DNA of 62,855 nucleotides, the filler included, from Trypethelium eluteriae (taxonomy: Eukaryota), in the NCBI GenBank assembly GCA_051942245.1. It is 4 parts of 4 records of this genome, joined end to end, with 100 filler letters (N's around TTAATTAATTAA, not from the genome) between each part and the next. Parts side by side here need not be neighbours in the genome. Positions count along the whole stretch, not along the records: positions 31,548 to 47,182 come from JAVECL010000644.1; positions 47,283 to 62,855 come from JAVECL010000646.1; 2 more parts are not named here. One strand, written 5' to 3'. Below, one piece after another: positions 38,960-49,661 of this stretch; position 1 is the first letter of the stretch, and each line of letters begins with the position of its first letter. Made by a program: the position numbers and the translations under genes. A model generated the notes under the pieces. The model searched no databases. It was not told the origin of the DNA and saw only the letters and a program-made list of their open reading frames with translations.

Positions 38960-40062
38960 TTCGGGATGCTCCTCGTGTAAGTCATTGGCGTTGTCGAGAT
39001 TGCTGAGGAGCCTTTTGAACAGGCTCGCAAGCAGGAATTGTGGGCGCCGCTTTCTGAGCGTCTATCTCCAGTAAGAGATTGCGCAAAATCCGAGCTCCGC
39101 TGAACCATTCGTATCCCACTGGGTTTGGAAAACCCTCCAATTCAGACATCACAAGCCCAAGTCCTTCAAAGTATGTCCTTGAGCATCGTATGTAGGAAAT
39201 TATAAAACCGCTGATATCTCCTCAAAGTAAATATTTAACGTCTTCTTGGAAGCTGGCAATTATGGCGGTGCATATTAGCTGCTTTGGATCTGTACGTGGG
39301 CGGCGAGACTTTTAAAACTTACCAGTAAGATCTTTGGAACTAAAAGGCACCCCAAGGACCCAGCTTCTGAAAAGTGCATAAAATAAAGCAATTAAAGTCT
39401 TTATGGACCTCAACAATTTGAGGCTTCCAAATTATGCATTCCAATCTGTACTGTGGTTGTCCAAGGATGTCCTCTTAAAGCCATCCCAGAAAAGGTGGCT
39501 AAGCTGCTCAGCAGCCTTATTCATCATCATTATCATCTCCACATCAAAAGCATTAGGCGAGCACCATCCTGCTATCATGTTCTGTCAGAGGGTGCCACCA
39601 TACCTGCACCCTCTCATGAAGTCGGGAAGAGAAGACCGAAATACAAGCTAGGTCACTCTGTGTTAGCTCTCGCGTGCGAAAAACATTTTTAAGTTTCCAG
39701 TCAAGGCATTCTCTTTGTACAAAGGTGATGAAGCATGCTTACCGTTCTCATGTCTTGGTCGCTATGGCAATCCACAAAAAGAAGGATTCGCATTCGTGAT
39801 TCAGAAACTTGGCCATCGGGGTGCTATAACTCCCCGGTAAGCTTCGAAAATCTTAACGCCCATGTACAGATCCAAAGCAGCGGATGTGCTGCTTCTTCCA
39901 TTTATCATTTACCCAAGCTCCGTCAGTACTCGGAGCCACGATCATAACGACACCGTGATCAAGGAGGCAGTAATAAGCGGCGGGGATGGTGGTGTCCGGT
40001 GAAGCCGATGATGAGACCCAAGGACGTGAGTGAGCTGTGGGATCAGGATGAGGATGAGGATA

Positions 40063-40337
40063 GAAGTCGAGCATGTCGGCGAGGTCGTAGCTCTTATCCA
40101 GTCGCAGGTACTCGACTTGAGCTTGAGCATCGTTGTGATCTTGAGCTCTTGGCGCTCAGGACGTAGAAGTCCAGGTGGCGGGAGTTATCACTCCGCTTTC
40201 TCACGCGACGCTCAACCGCCTCCTTGCTTGGACAAATGCTGCTGCCAAGGACGTGGAGGAGGATTTGGTGGAAGTCGAGCATGTCGGCGAGGCCGCAGCT
40301 CTCATAGCGTCGGAGGTACTCGACTTGGGCATCGTTG
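40063..40337. repeat. Diverged ~70-bp direct duplication inside a decayed ORF
   Basis: GAAGTCGAGCATGTCGGCGAGG...GGTACTCGACTTG at 40063-40135 and 40271-40337. The minus strand encodes AQVEYLR....LADMLDF twice. Confidence 0.85.
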
Positions 40338-41132
40338 GCATCCTCGTCGAAGTCGCCCCCTGCGGATTCCACCTCGTGGAACCTTGCTCCGTAGAGCCAG
40401 ACCCGATAAACAGCTTTGCAAAGGCAGCGAGCCTCCACGCCAACTAAGCAGCGCTGATCTACGATGTCGCCTTCATTATCCCGCTGCTTGCTTGGACGGA
40501 TCTGGCGCCATTGCATGGCTACCAGATGTAGGGAGCCAAATAAGTGCGTTCCAAATATAGGGATCTGTGTGTGATCTGATCTCGGTCTTCCCTATTAATC
40601 TCATCACCGTCTATCACGTAGTTGCAAGGCTCGGTACAGTGAGCGTTCCTAACTGTTTAGAAAACCGCCCGACTGTTGGGGTACTGTCCAGAGAGAGCTA
40701 ATAGTCGAAGCCATGCTCATGAAAATTGAAAAAGGCTTGTTGAACAGTATTGGCGCGAGGTAGATGGCGCGTAACTTTCACGATCAGAGCCGTGCGGCGG
40801 CGCTATCGCCCCTCCGATAGGGATGCTCTTCTTCCAAGATTTTGGTAGATTCTGAGAGTGCGTTGTTTACTCAGGAATCCCTCCAATATCGAGCGTCCAC
40901 CCTCTTTCTATTGTGCAGACTAGTGAGTCTGGTGCTTTGTGATACCAATGGTATCTTAGTTGCTCCAGGCATCTGTTATCCTTCACGCCGTCGACAGATG
41001 AAGAGGATGTTGGAACTGCTGCAGATGTTTGAATTGACAATTCCTTTCCGGTACGCACCGGGCGACATACAACGCTTTAATGCATCTCTCCGTTGCATCG
41101 TCAATTCTGGATGGCAACGAAGCGGTAGAAGG

Positions 41133-41175
41133 GCTGGTCAAGTCGCTGGTCAAGTCGCTGGTCAATTTGCTGGTC
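41133..41175. repeat. 12-bp tandem repeat (GCTGGTCAAGTC, ~3.6 copies)
   Basis: Read directly. Confidence 0.9.
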
Positions 41176-41452
41176 CATTCAGGACTGATACGTGAAGAAT
41201 ACTTCTGAGATAAACGCCGTCGTAAAGAGTGGACTTGCAACGTGGAAGGTTTGATCGAGCTGTGGTTGCAGAGAACTTGTGGCGAATGGGTTTACGAGCA
41301 GTGGAGCCGACAACTCCGCCGTCACGATCCCCACGCCCACCAAGCTCACCGCGTCCATCGCGTCCTTCACGGCCTCCAGGACCTCCATATCCCTTCTTTG
41401 ACCGCTTTGAGGACCTCCACGTCCTTCTCCACGGCCTCCGCGATCTCCGCGG

Positions 41453-41506
41453 CCTCCACGTCCTCCACGTCCTCCACGTCCAGCGCGTCCAGCGCGTCCA
41501 GCGCGT
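41453..41506. repeat. 9-bp tandem arrays (CCTCCACGT)3(CCAGCGCGT)3
   Basis: Read directly; degenerate copies extend back to ~41330. Confidence 0.9.
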
Positions 41507-43170
41507 CCGCGGCGCTCGTTACGCGTGACCGAAAGTGAGAATGGAAATTCATCACGATCGCATTACCTCTATGGGTGCGTGTGTGTCCAGTAGCCAGGCT
41601 AAATTGCTTTCTCTGCAGTTCATCTCTGCTGTAGGTTGCCCTGACCACGACTTGCAAGGAGCAATTTCTGTATAGCTTTCTCAATAGAACATACTGAGCT
41701 GCAGCTCGGCAGAGGAATGCTTGAGCTGCTCGCTCTGCTGCAGTTTGAAATGCCGGACAAGCTCCCTTCGCTGCTAAGTCTCTCCCTCAGGCCGACCTTG
41801 TCCGCACTAGGTCCCTCGGACATTGGTGGATAGTTGATATCCCGTGGAATGAGGTCTTCTTAGGGAGAACACACTGGAAGTCCTCCTTGTGCCATTGTGT
41901 CTGGTATCTGTATTCATCTTAGGTAGCACCGATATTCACTGGCTCCTGATACGTTAACGGCCACAGTTCCGGCAAAGCATCTGGATTTCAGTTGAAGAGA
42001 GCCCCCGTCGGGACTCTGAAGTCATAATAGCCAGTCTGCCGGCTTTAAGATGACGCTGGCAAGTCCTCCTGCAACTCCAGCGATTGGCGATGGCATGTTC
42101 AATCAAGGCCCGAGACTTTATATATGCGGACGCGGTTCTGTCGGAGTCATCTTCGTCTCCGAACATATTGCTCAGTTACAATTTTACCCTTCAGCCATTC
42201 AAACCTCCAGGGCCTCCTGACCAATTGATGAAGTCTTCGACCTCGACCTTCAATTCCTCTCCATGATCCATGGGAGAGAATGATGGCCACTGTGACAGAG
42301 TATCCTCTTGTGGCCAAGGGGGAGTATTTGGGCGGTGCACTTCGGCTTCCTCCTCGTAAGGCAGACAGTTGCATCGGGCAAAGGAGGGCTGCCTTGGTCC
42401 AGTCCAGGCCGGATGTTGCATCGTACTGTGTGGCTCCACACTTCTTTTCCTCAAGGGTTGGCGGGCGCCATAGCTATACGCGAGCTCGGCATGGGCATGT
42501 GACGATGTCCTTGAAGGAGGATGTAATCAAGCCGACAAGTGTATGAAGTTGAGTCTGAGTTGCGCAATGGGGACTTTGGATAATGCACAACGAAGATGCC
42601 TTGTAGGGGCAAGAGGGTTGATGAAAGAGGTGAGCTTCAATCCATCTGATCAATGCATTAACTATGTATTGGTCAAGGCTGCATGAGGTCTGAGGTATGT
42701 CTTATATATATAAAAGATGTAAAAGGGGAGTCAAGATGAGTGTCTTGCAATCCCAAAGGGTTGTAGGAATTGTTCTATGCAGCGAAGAATTTGGAGGGGG
42801 AACATGGCTCGCTTTTATGCTTGATTCTTGGTCCGCTTATCGGCTTGGCATTGGCATTCACGTTTCGCCCGTGACGCGTTTTGTGATTATCGTAGTGATT
42901 TTGCCTGAGCTAATTTGTTGAGACTGGTGAGCTTCACGACATTTCCCAACAGTTCTTCTCACTCCTCGATATCTTACCACGATTTCATTGGTGCTCTTTC
43001 CCATGTGCTCCGCATAAACCCTCGCGACAGTCACAGGCAATCGAGATCCTCTATATCAAAAGTGGGACATGATTTCAAGTAATGTCCACGTGCTAGAAAG
43101 TAGGTCGCAATAGTACACTGTGTGTCTGAGGCGCGGCCATCAGGTGCTTAGCCTTCCCTGTCCCGTGCAA

Positions 43171-43633
43171 TCAAAGCTCGTCCTTTGGAACTCCACCGAT
43201 ACCCACAAGCTCCGTCTCGAAAACTGCCAACGGTTAGCCATCACACGCAGCCTCCACATTCCTTCCACGTGTACGTACTCAACACACTATTCGCGGGGAT
43301 TGGGCCCATGCCGTTGGCTCCATATCCATATTCCGGGTGGATGGTCAATTTCCTCTTCTCACCAATGCACATGTCCAACAAGCCCAGATCCCATCCCTTG
43401 ATGACAGCGCCCTTTCCCACGAAAAATGATAACGGCTGTCCACGGTTGTATGAAGCGTCAAACTCGGTGCCATCAGCCGCAAGAGTACCGCGATAATGGA
43501 CTTCGACCTTGTCGCCGGTCTTAGTTTTTCGTTCGCATTCGACGGGCGAAGTGACCTGGATATCAAGAGGTTTGTCGAGGGCGCTGGTAAGAGCGAGAAG
43601 AGCGAAAACGCTAGAAAGGATGGCAAGACGCAT
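43171..43633 (-). CDS. FPR2: ER-luminal FKBP-type peptidyl-prolyl isomerase
   Basis: Signal peptide, VHYRGTL, FDASY.RG.PL.F, VIKGWD.GL..MC.GEKRKL; one intron, then [16 protein letters not shown]. Confidence 0.93.
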
Positions 43634-44236
43634 CTTCGGTTTGGTCGACGGACTCAGGCTGCGAGTAGTGTGAATTCTGGACTTCTGAAGTCGCGAATTG
43701 GCGCTGAATTGGACAAGTTAAAATTTCGACTTCAGGAGGGTGACGTCGGAGTCTCATTCCCCCTTGCACGCTTGCCATAACCCTTAAAATTTGATTGGCT
43801 GCAGGGTTGATGCTAATAGACAGCCACAACATGCAACCACCGCAGGGTATAAGTAGGTATCTCTTTCAGGCTTGTAATCAGACCCACAGCAGATCAAAGC
43901 TGGATCTTTTCACAGTAGTTTGGCCAATTTCGTCTCGATGTTTTCGCAAACAAATTCTTCAACTCGGATCCTAGGAATCATAACTGATCTCACAATTGCC
44001 AGTAGAAAGCACCATCGATCATCAGATTGTGCATATGACAATGTCCTGATCTCATATGGATTTGCCTGGTGTATTCTAGGATGGTGTCACTTAAAGTACT
44101 GTGTAGGAGATGCTTCGTGAACCAGGCAGCCACATATTCGCCGCTGATGCCCACGCAATCACTTCGCTGCCACCCATCTATGTACGAAAGAAGCTTAAGA
44201 TTAGTCCACCAGAGCCGGGGAAATGCGTAAGTAACC

Positions 44237-44253
44237 AAAAAAAAAAAAAAAAA
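44237..44253. repeat. poly(dA) tract (17 nt)
   Basis: Homopolymer read directly. Confidence 0.9.
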
Positions 44254-44414
44254 TGAGCGCTGTCTGGTATATAGAGGACCATAAAGACTGATCTTCGCTT
44301 AAACACAAGGACTTCATCCGATCATTAGGCCATAATTCTTCACCTTCCATATATCCACAAGTTTCTTCATACACCTGTCCAGCCCGTCGATCAATTCAGT
44401 TGTTGCAATGCAGT

Positions 44415-45976
44415 CTATCGCTGACTCTGCGCTTGCTCTCTTTGCCCCTCCGTCTCCGTAATCTCATGCCCATGAGCTAGATGCTCCACGGGACTTCCCA
44501 ACGTCACCTCAATCGCAGGCAGATGCTCAATGCGTGGTAGCAGGCTCCTCCGTCTCGGATCAATCGGGCTCTCATACGGCGGCGCATCTTCAAACCCCAT
44601 ATTCTCATACTCGGGCGGATCCACCAGCGGAATACGCGACTCCCCCAGGTCACTCCCCCCCGTCGTCGTCGACGGCGCCATCGACGACGCCCGCGTCCGC
44701 GTCGGCGCAAGCGTCAACACCTCATAATCGTCATCATGCCGGGGATCGTCCGTCACCGCCGTACTCGCCGCCGTCGTCCTCGTCGTCGTCTGCGACAGCA
44801 CCGACGTCTCCGAAGCCCCGCGAGCATGCTGATACGGGCTGCTCCTTGCCGCCACCGCCACCGCGGACGCCGTCGCGCTACCACCGGTCCCCTCCGACCC
44901 CATCGACGCCGCCGACGACAGCAACGGATTGCGATCGCTGCTGCTCTCGGCGGACGTCGCGCGGATCCGCGTGCCATCCGCCCTCGCGACCCCCGCGCCC
45001 GCATAGCTGACGCTCGAGACGCGGCGATCGCGCCCGCGCGTCTGGTGCTCGATGATCATCGCGGCGGCGCTAGTCGGGTCGAACGTGTCGGCCTGCAGCC
45101 GGCTCTCGCGGCGTAGACGATTTACTTCGTCGAGGTCGCCGCGAGCGCGCGCTTCGCGTCGGGCGCGGCGTCGTTCTTCGCGCGCACCGTTTTCGCGTCG
45201 GCGCTGCAGCCGGATTTGGTAGAGGGACTCCATTTCTTCTTCGCGTCGGGCTTCCTCTTCGTCGACGGTTTCGGGGAACTCGAGGACCGTGTCGATGCCG
45301 CCGCGTTCGCCTTCGCGTCCGAGGATCTGCTCGTCGGGTCTTACGGAGGGGGTGTAGGCCGGGAGGGTCATGATGCTGCGGAGGGAGGTGTTGCGGCCGA
45401 CGTTGGTGGAGGCGACGCTGGCGCGTTGGGCGGTTTCGACGTTGTTGACGACGCCGCTGCGGCGGTTGGTGTCTTGAGAGGCGGAGCGGGAGGCCTCCTC
45501 GGCTTGTGCTGTTGTTGAGGAGAGCTCGCTGTGTTGTAGGCTAGATGAGTAGCCTCCTTTTCCGAAATGTGCTTTTGGGTTCCATCTCTGCCATTTCTCT
45601 TTGAGCCAGTGGGTCTGAGTGGAGCGGCGAGGGGCATTTCGGCGGCGGATTTTGCGGAGGTAGAAGAAGACGATAATGTTCACCACAAGCAATGCGGCAG
45701 CAATGGAAACGACCTAGATTCATGTGGGTTAGTGTGTAAATTTGCAGGAAAGGAGGTTGAACGACGTACGATTGCAACGGTCTTTGAACTAGTCGAATGG
45801 CTGCTTGAAGATGGACTAGAAGTAGGACTTGGACTTGGCGTTGTAGTCGTTGGTGACGGCGTTGATGACGGGGATGGGCTGGGACTTGAACTGGGACTTG
45901 AAGTCGTTTGGGGAGGAGGATCTTGTCGTTTGCCCAGGAATTCCCCACCGAACTGTGCCTCACTTGGTATCCGCAT
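44415..45976 (-). CDS. Single-pass membrane protein with Ser/Thr/Pro-rich N-terminus and long charged cytoplasmic tail
   Basis: Exon 1 ...QTTSSPSSSPSPSP...KTVAI, GTACGT intron, TM VVSIAAALLVVNIIVFFYL-RKIRRR, conserved-looking SIMTLPAY..LGREGERGGID, and PPEY/PPY motifs. Confidence 0.8.
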
Positions 45977-46975
45977 GTTTTTTCAATCCTCGCGCCGCTT
46001 GAGGGTGTAAAATCGCTGACAAGCTGGGATGCTCGTAGGGCGATCCGTAGATCCCACCGACGGGTACGAAAGGGATTTGTTGGTCAATGCCAAGTTTTTG
46101 ATGGAGCCATTAGCACCACATCTCCGGGCCTCCCACTTTTCAGAAATTGTGCAGGTGAGTAAAATGCAGGGTTAAGCAGTGTGAGCTGCGGGGAGTAGAA
46201 TTAAGAGAAGAATGTACCAGTCTGTGAGGTGAGAGACGTCCTACCGGCGTGTCTTCTCAGCAACAAGCGGCAAAAGCAGGCTGGTGGCGGAGCCCGATGA
46301 TGGCGGCTTACTGGGGAGCTTCCCGACCACCTATGGCGACACTAGGAGATCGCTCCTACAATGAGATGCAAGACGCGTAATTACCTTTCTCACCGTTCTG
46401 ATCTGGCTACTAAGGCCAGAGCCGACTTTTAGAGTATATTAAATAATCTTGATCTGTCATGGTAATGAGCAGAAAGGGGGTATCTTCATGGGTGGTGCCG
46501 TGGTGGTTGCCGCGCGGTGCCATGAAAAGCTTGCCGCTCTGAGCACTTGCTTCTATTTTTAGATGTCCAGACTTGATCTCGACGGGTAACATAGACAATT
46601 ATTGGGCTTGGACTCTTGTGACGTAGAAGATGAGTTCGTTTCAAGGATCTGCATTTGTTTCAAAACGAAGAGAGTGTCAGATGAAAGAACACAGAAAGAG
46701 GTATCAAAGAAGCAGTAATCTACCCTACACAAAACTAAGATAATTGAGAGACTAACAATCGAGTGGAATAGAGTCCGCTCAAAACCAAATCATGTTCCAT
46801 GATACCAGCCCATTTTCAATACATGCATCCTGACATACTCCACCGTATTATTTTGCCCGTATAGATCCCATATAGATGTGCCACTTGGGGTATAGCCTGC
46901 CCTACAATGCCGAACAAATTATTATCCACGCCAACGCAATGACACCGAGTATATCCTAGGTAAGGTTGGCAGCTT

Positions 46976-47182
46976 TCAATCCTGCTCCAAATCAATCTCT
47001 CTCTCATACTCCCCAATCTTATGCTTCCTCCCCACATGCGCAACCAACGCCTCGGGATCCGCACACAGGAGATCCACCCCCCGGTTCTCACTACACAGCA
47101 CACACGCATACTCCCCGCTCTCCGTGTGACACTTCACCACGAACCTCGCCGTAACATGGAACTCGCAATGCTCCACCACCAC
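46976..47182 (-). CDS. C-terminal Cys/His (zinc-finger-like) end of a hypothetical protein, 5'-truncated
   Basis: RFVVKCH...YACVLC...C...ALVAHVGRKH...D*; frame is open from the contig edge. Confidence 0.65.
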   Translation of the reverse strand: MVVEHCEFHVTARFVVKCHTESGEYACVLCSENRGVDLLCADPEALVAHVGRKHKIGEYEREIDLEQD

Positions 47183-47282
47183 NNNNNNNNNNNNNNNNNN
47201 NNNNNNNNNNNNNNNNNNNNNNNNNNTTAATTAATTAANNNNNNNNNNNNNNNNNNNNNNNNNNNNNNNNNNNNNNNNNNNN
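47183..47282. other. Artificial contig linker
   Basis: Same N/TTAATTAATTAA/N cassette. Confidence 0.99.
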
Positions 47283-49194
47283 CCACCCCGTTCACCCCCT
47301 CCTTATGCGCATTGCTCGCCTTGATCCTCTTCCCCGGATCCGCCAGACTCCACACGAACAGATTCGTATCCAGACTCCCGCTGACCGCAAACTCGCCATC
47401 CGCGCTCCACGCCACGCTCGTCACCCGCGCCGTGTGGCCCGTCCAGCGCGACGTCAGCAGCTTGAAGTCCGGGACGCCGTACGCCGCGAGCTTGCCAGCG
47501 GTGGTGCCCGCCGCGAGCTTCGTCCCGTCGGGAGAGAAGGCGAGCGCGGTGACGGGGGAGGGGAGGTCGGTCGGGGACGCGACGGGCGTGAGCGTGTTGG
47601 AGGACGTGACGGTGTAGATGTGGAATTGCTTGTCGTCGTACCCGACGGCGAGGAGGTCGGCGTGTGCCGCGAGCGCGATGGGCGCGCCCTTGGTGCTGGG
47701 GATGGAGGCGAGCTGCTCGCCGGAGGAGGCGGAGAGGATTTCGATGGAGGAAGGAGTCGCGACGAAGGTTTTGTTGGAAGAGACGGCGATGCTGCGGGGT
47801 TGGCCGCTGAGTTTGGTGAGGCTGCCGGAGAAGGTCAGGGCGTGGATGTCGATGGTGCGGAGCGTGTCGTCCCAGCCTACGCTGTGGATGTGCGAGGGAG
47901 AGGCGGCGAGGCTGGAGACGTAGTTGGTGTGGGATTCACTGTCGATCTTGGAGGCGCTGCCGGCTGTTACATCCCAGGCGCAGACACGTCCTTCATAACT
48001 GCCAGTCCAGAACGTCTTGTCGCTGATAGTGGCAGCAGTGACATTTTTTTGGTGTCCTCGCACAACCTTGGAGGGTTTAGGGCTGCCTTCTGTGAGGTAG
48101 TTGAGATTCCCTTCGAGATCGACGCTGATGACAAGACCATCACTGCGCCCAGAGGGCCAAGTAATGCCAACTTGTTGATCGGGTATACTAACAACGCCTT
48201 CTTCACCCAGTCTCCAAGTTTGAACTGCTTTGCCGGCCTCGGCGTCCCATATTCGCACCGTTTGGTCTGCACTTGCGGTGACGAATCGCTTGGAGTCTTT
48301 AGCCCAAGAGACGCCAAAGATACTGCCAGTATGAATGCCCTCTCCTATCTGCACCTTGGATTCGCCAGTTTTTCCATCGTATAGCCATATTCTTTTGTCA
48401 GCTCCCACGCTTACAAGGCTGGTTCCATCCGGACTGAATTGAACGCCGTAAATAAACCTATTGTGCATATCTCGTAGACTGGTATTGAACTTGAACGGAG
48501 CTCCGTGAAGGAAGACAAGGCTTGTATCATCACTTCCGGTTGCGGCCCGGAGAGGGCGTTGCTGCCTGATTGATACGCAGTTGATCTGCGAGCTGTGGCC
48601 TGATATTTCTCCTACGCTGTTCCCACTGTCTGCTGTTATGCAATGACCGAATCTTTCTTTGCCATCACCGACAGCAATCACTCGTTGGCTATCTCCATCC
48701 CAGGCTATATCATTGATCCGGCCGGCAATTATATGGTATTCCCCTTTGAAGAGCAAATACCATTCAGCTTCATATACGAGGCTTCTCCACAGGGCTAGTA
48801 CCTTTTGTTGCACCCTCTCCCACGCAGTCCCATATTCTCACACTGCCCGATACATCGCCGCTAGCAACGTAGAATCCTGAAGGGGAAAAGCGCGCAACAG
48901 TGGTCTGGGTTGTGTGCTGAGTATATTGCCTACTTATGGCCGGGTCATCAATATTTCGGACGAAGATAGATTTGTTAGACTGGACGTGATCGTTAGGTAG
49001 AATGCTCCGCTGAAATGAGTGCATAGAATGTCCTCACAGCGTAGGTAATTCGTTCTCCTTTTGAATCAGAGGAAAGGACGGTGGGTGAGCCTCGAGTTGC
49101 CGTTGGCGACGCGGCCCATATCGCATCTGACAAGGTCAATGTGTGATTCAATTGCCGCTATGTGGTTTTAGGGGTTACCAGAGAATATAGACAT
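47283..49194 (-). CDS. AIP1: Actin-interacting protein 1 (WD40 repeats), 3'-truncated
   Basis: SPTATRG, TTVARFSPSGFYVASGD.SG.VRIWD, INDIAWDGDSQRVIAVGDGKE, DSGNSVGEISGHS and GAPFKF; several short introns at the 5' end. Confidence 0.93.
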
Positions 49195-49661
49195 GGTTTA
49201 TAGAGATCTCTATCCAGACGTTAAGGTGACATAAAACTAAAAAAGCAGCTGCTAAGGGTGCCCAAAGGGATGGAAATAAATGCGTTCCCCTTGTGGTGGG
49301 GCTTGGTGGAGGGGCAACGGTCAGGACTTCAAACAACACTTGCTTCACTGAGACTCGATCGTCGCCTCAAGAATGCCTACTGGACTACTGATATGTGGAA
49401 CGGAACTCAATATTATCAACGGAAAACTGAGGACAGAAGTAATGGAAATGGTAGCATCATCATCCAATAGAGACTTCTCAGGACTTTGCCAGGTCTATCT
49501 AGTACCTCTACCCGTTGAAATAATATTAAGTTTGGTAGGTCTTTCTGTCCTGCCATACGAGCTCGGCATTGCATAAAATATTCTTCATAGTCTATCACTC
49601 TCTTCTATTTGTATTCTCTATCTCCGAGACCGCCTTCAGTTGTTATGCGGCAACTGAGTTG

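Larger units (their letters stand above)
41025..41560 (-). pseudogene. Degenerate RGG-box + CCCH zinc-finger RNA-binding-like gene
   Basis: RRGRAGRAGRAGRGGRGGRGGRGDRGGRGEGRGG from 9-bp repeats, followed after frameshifts by CIKALYVARCVPERNCQFKH (C-x8-C-x5-C-x3-H) at 41084-41025. Confidence 0.5.

Noticed and set aside
41133..41506. Short repeats as a CRISPR-like array
   Set aside because: Head-to-tail 9- and 12-bp units with no spacers, in a eukaryotic genome.
41367..41684. Acidic DALDALD/VEDVED ORF
   Set aside because: By-product of 9-bp repeats keeping several frames open; the RGG frame is more plausible, though not proven.
47305..48384. 359-aa + strand ORF (also 30216-30986, 15885-16358, 44534-45010)
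   Set aside because: Antisense shadows of real genes, kept open by high GC at third codon positions.
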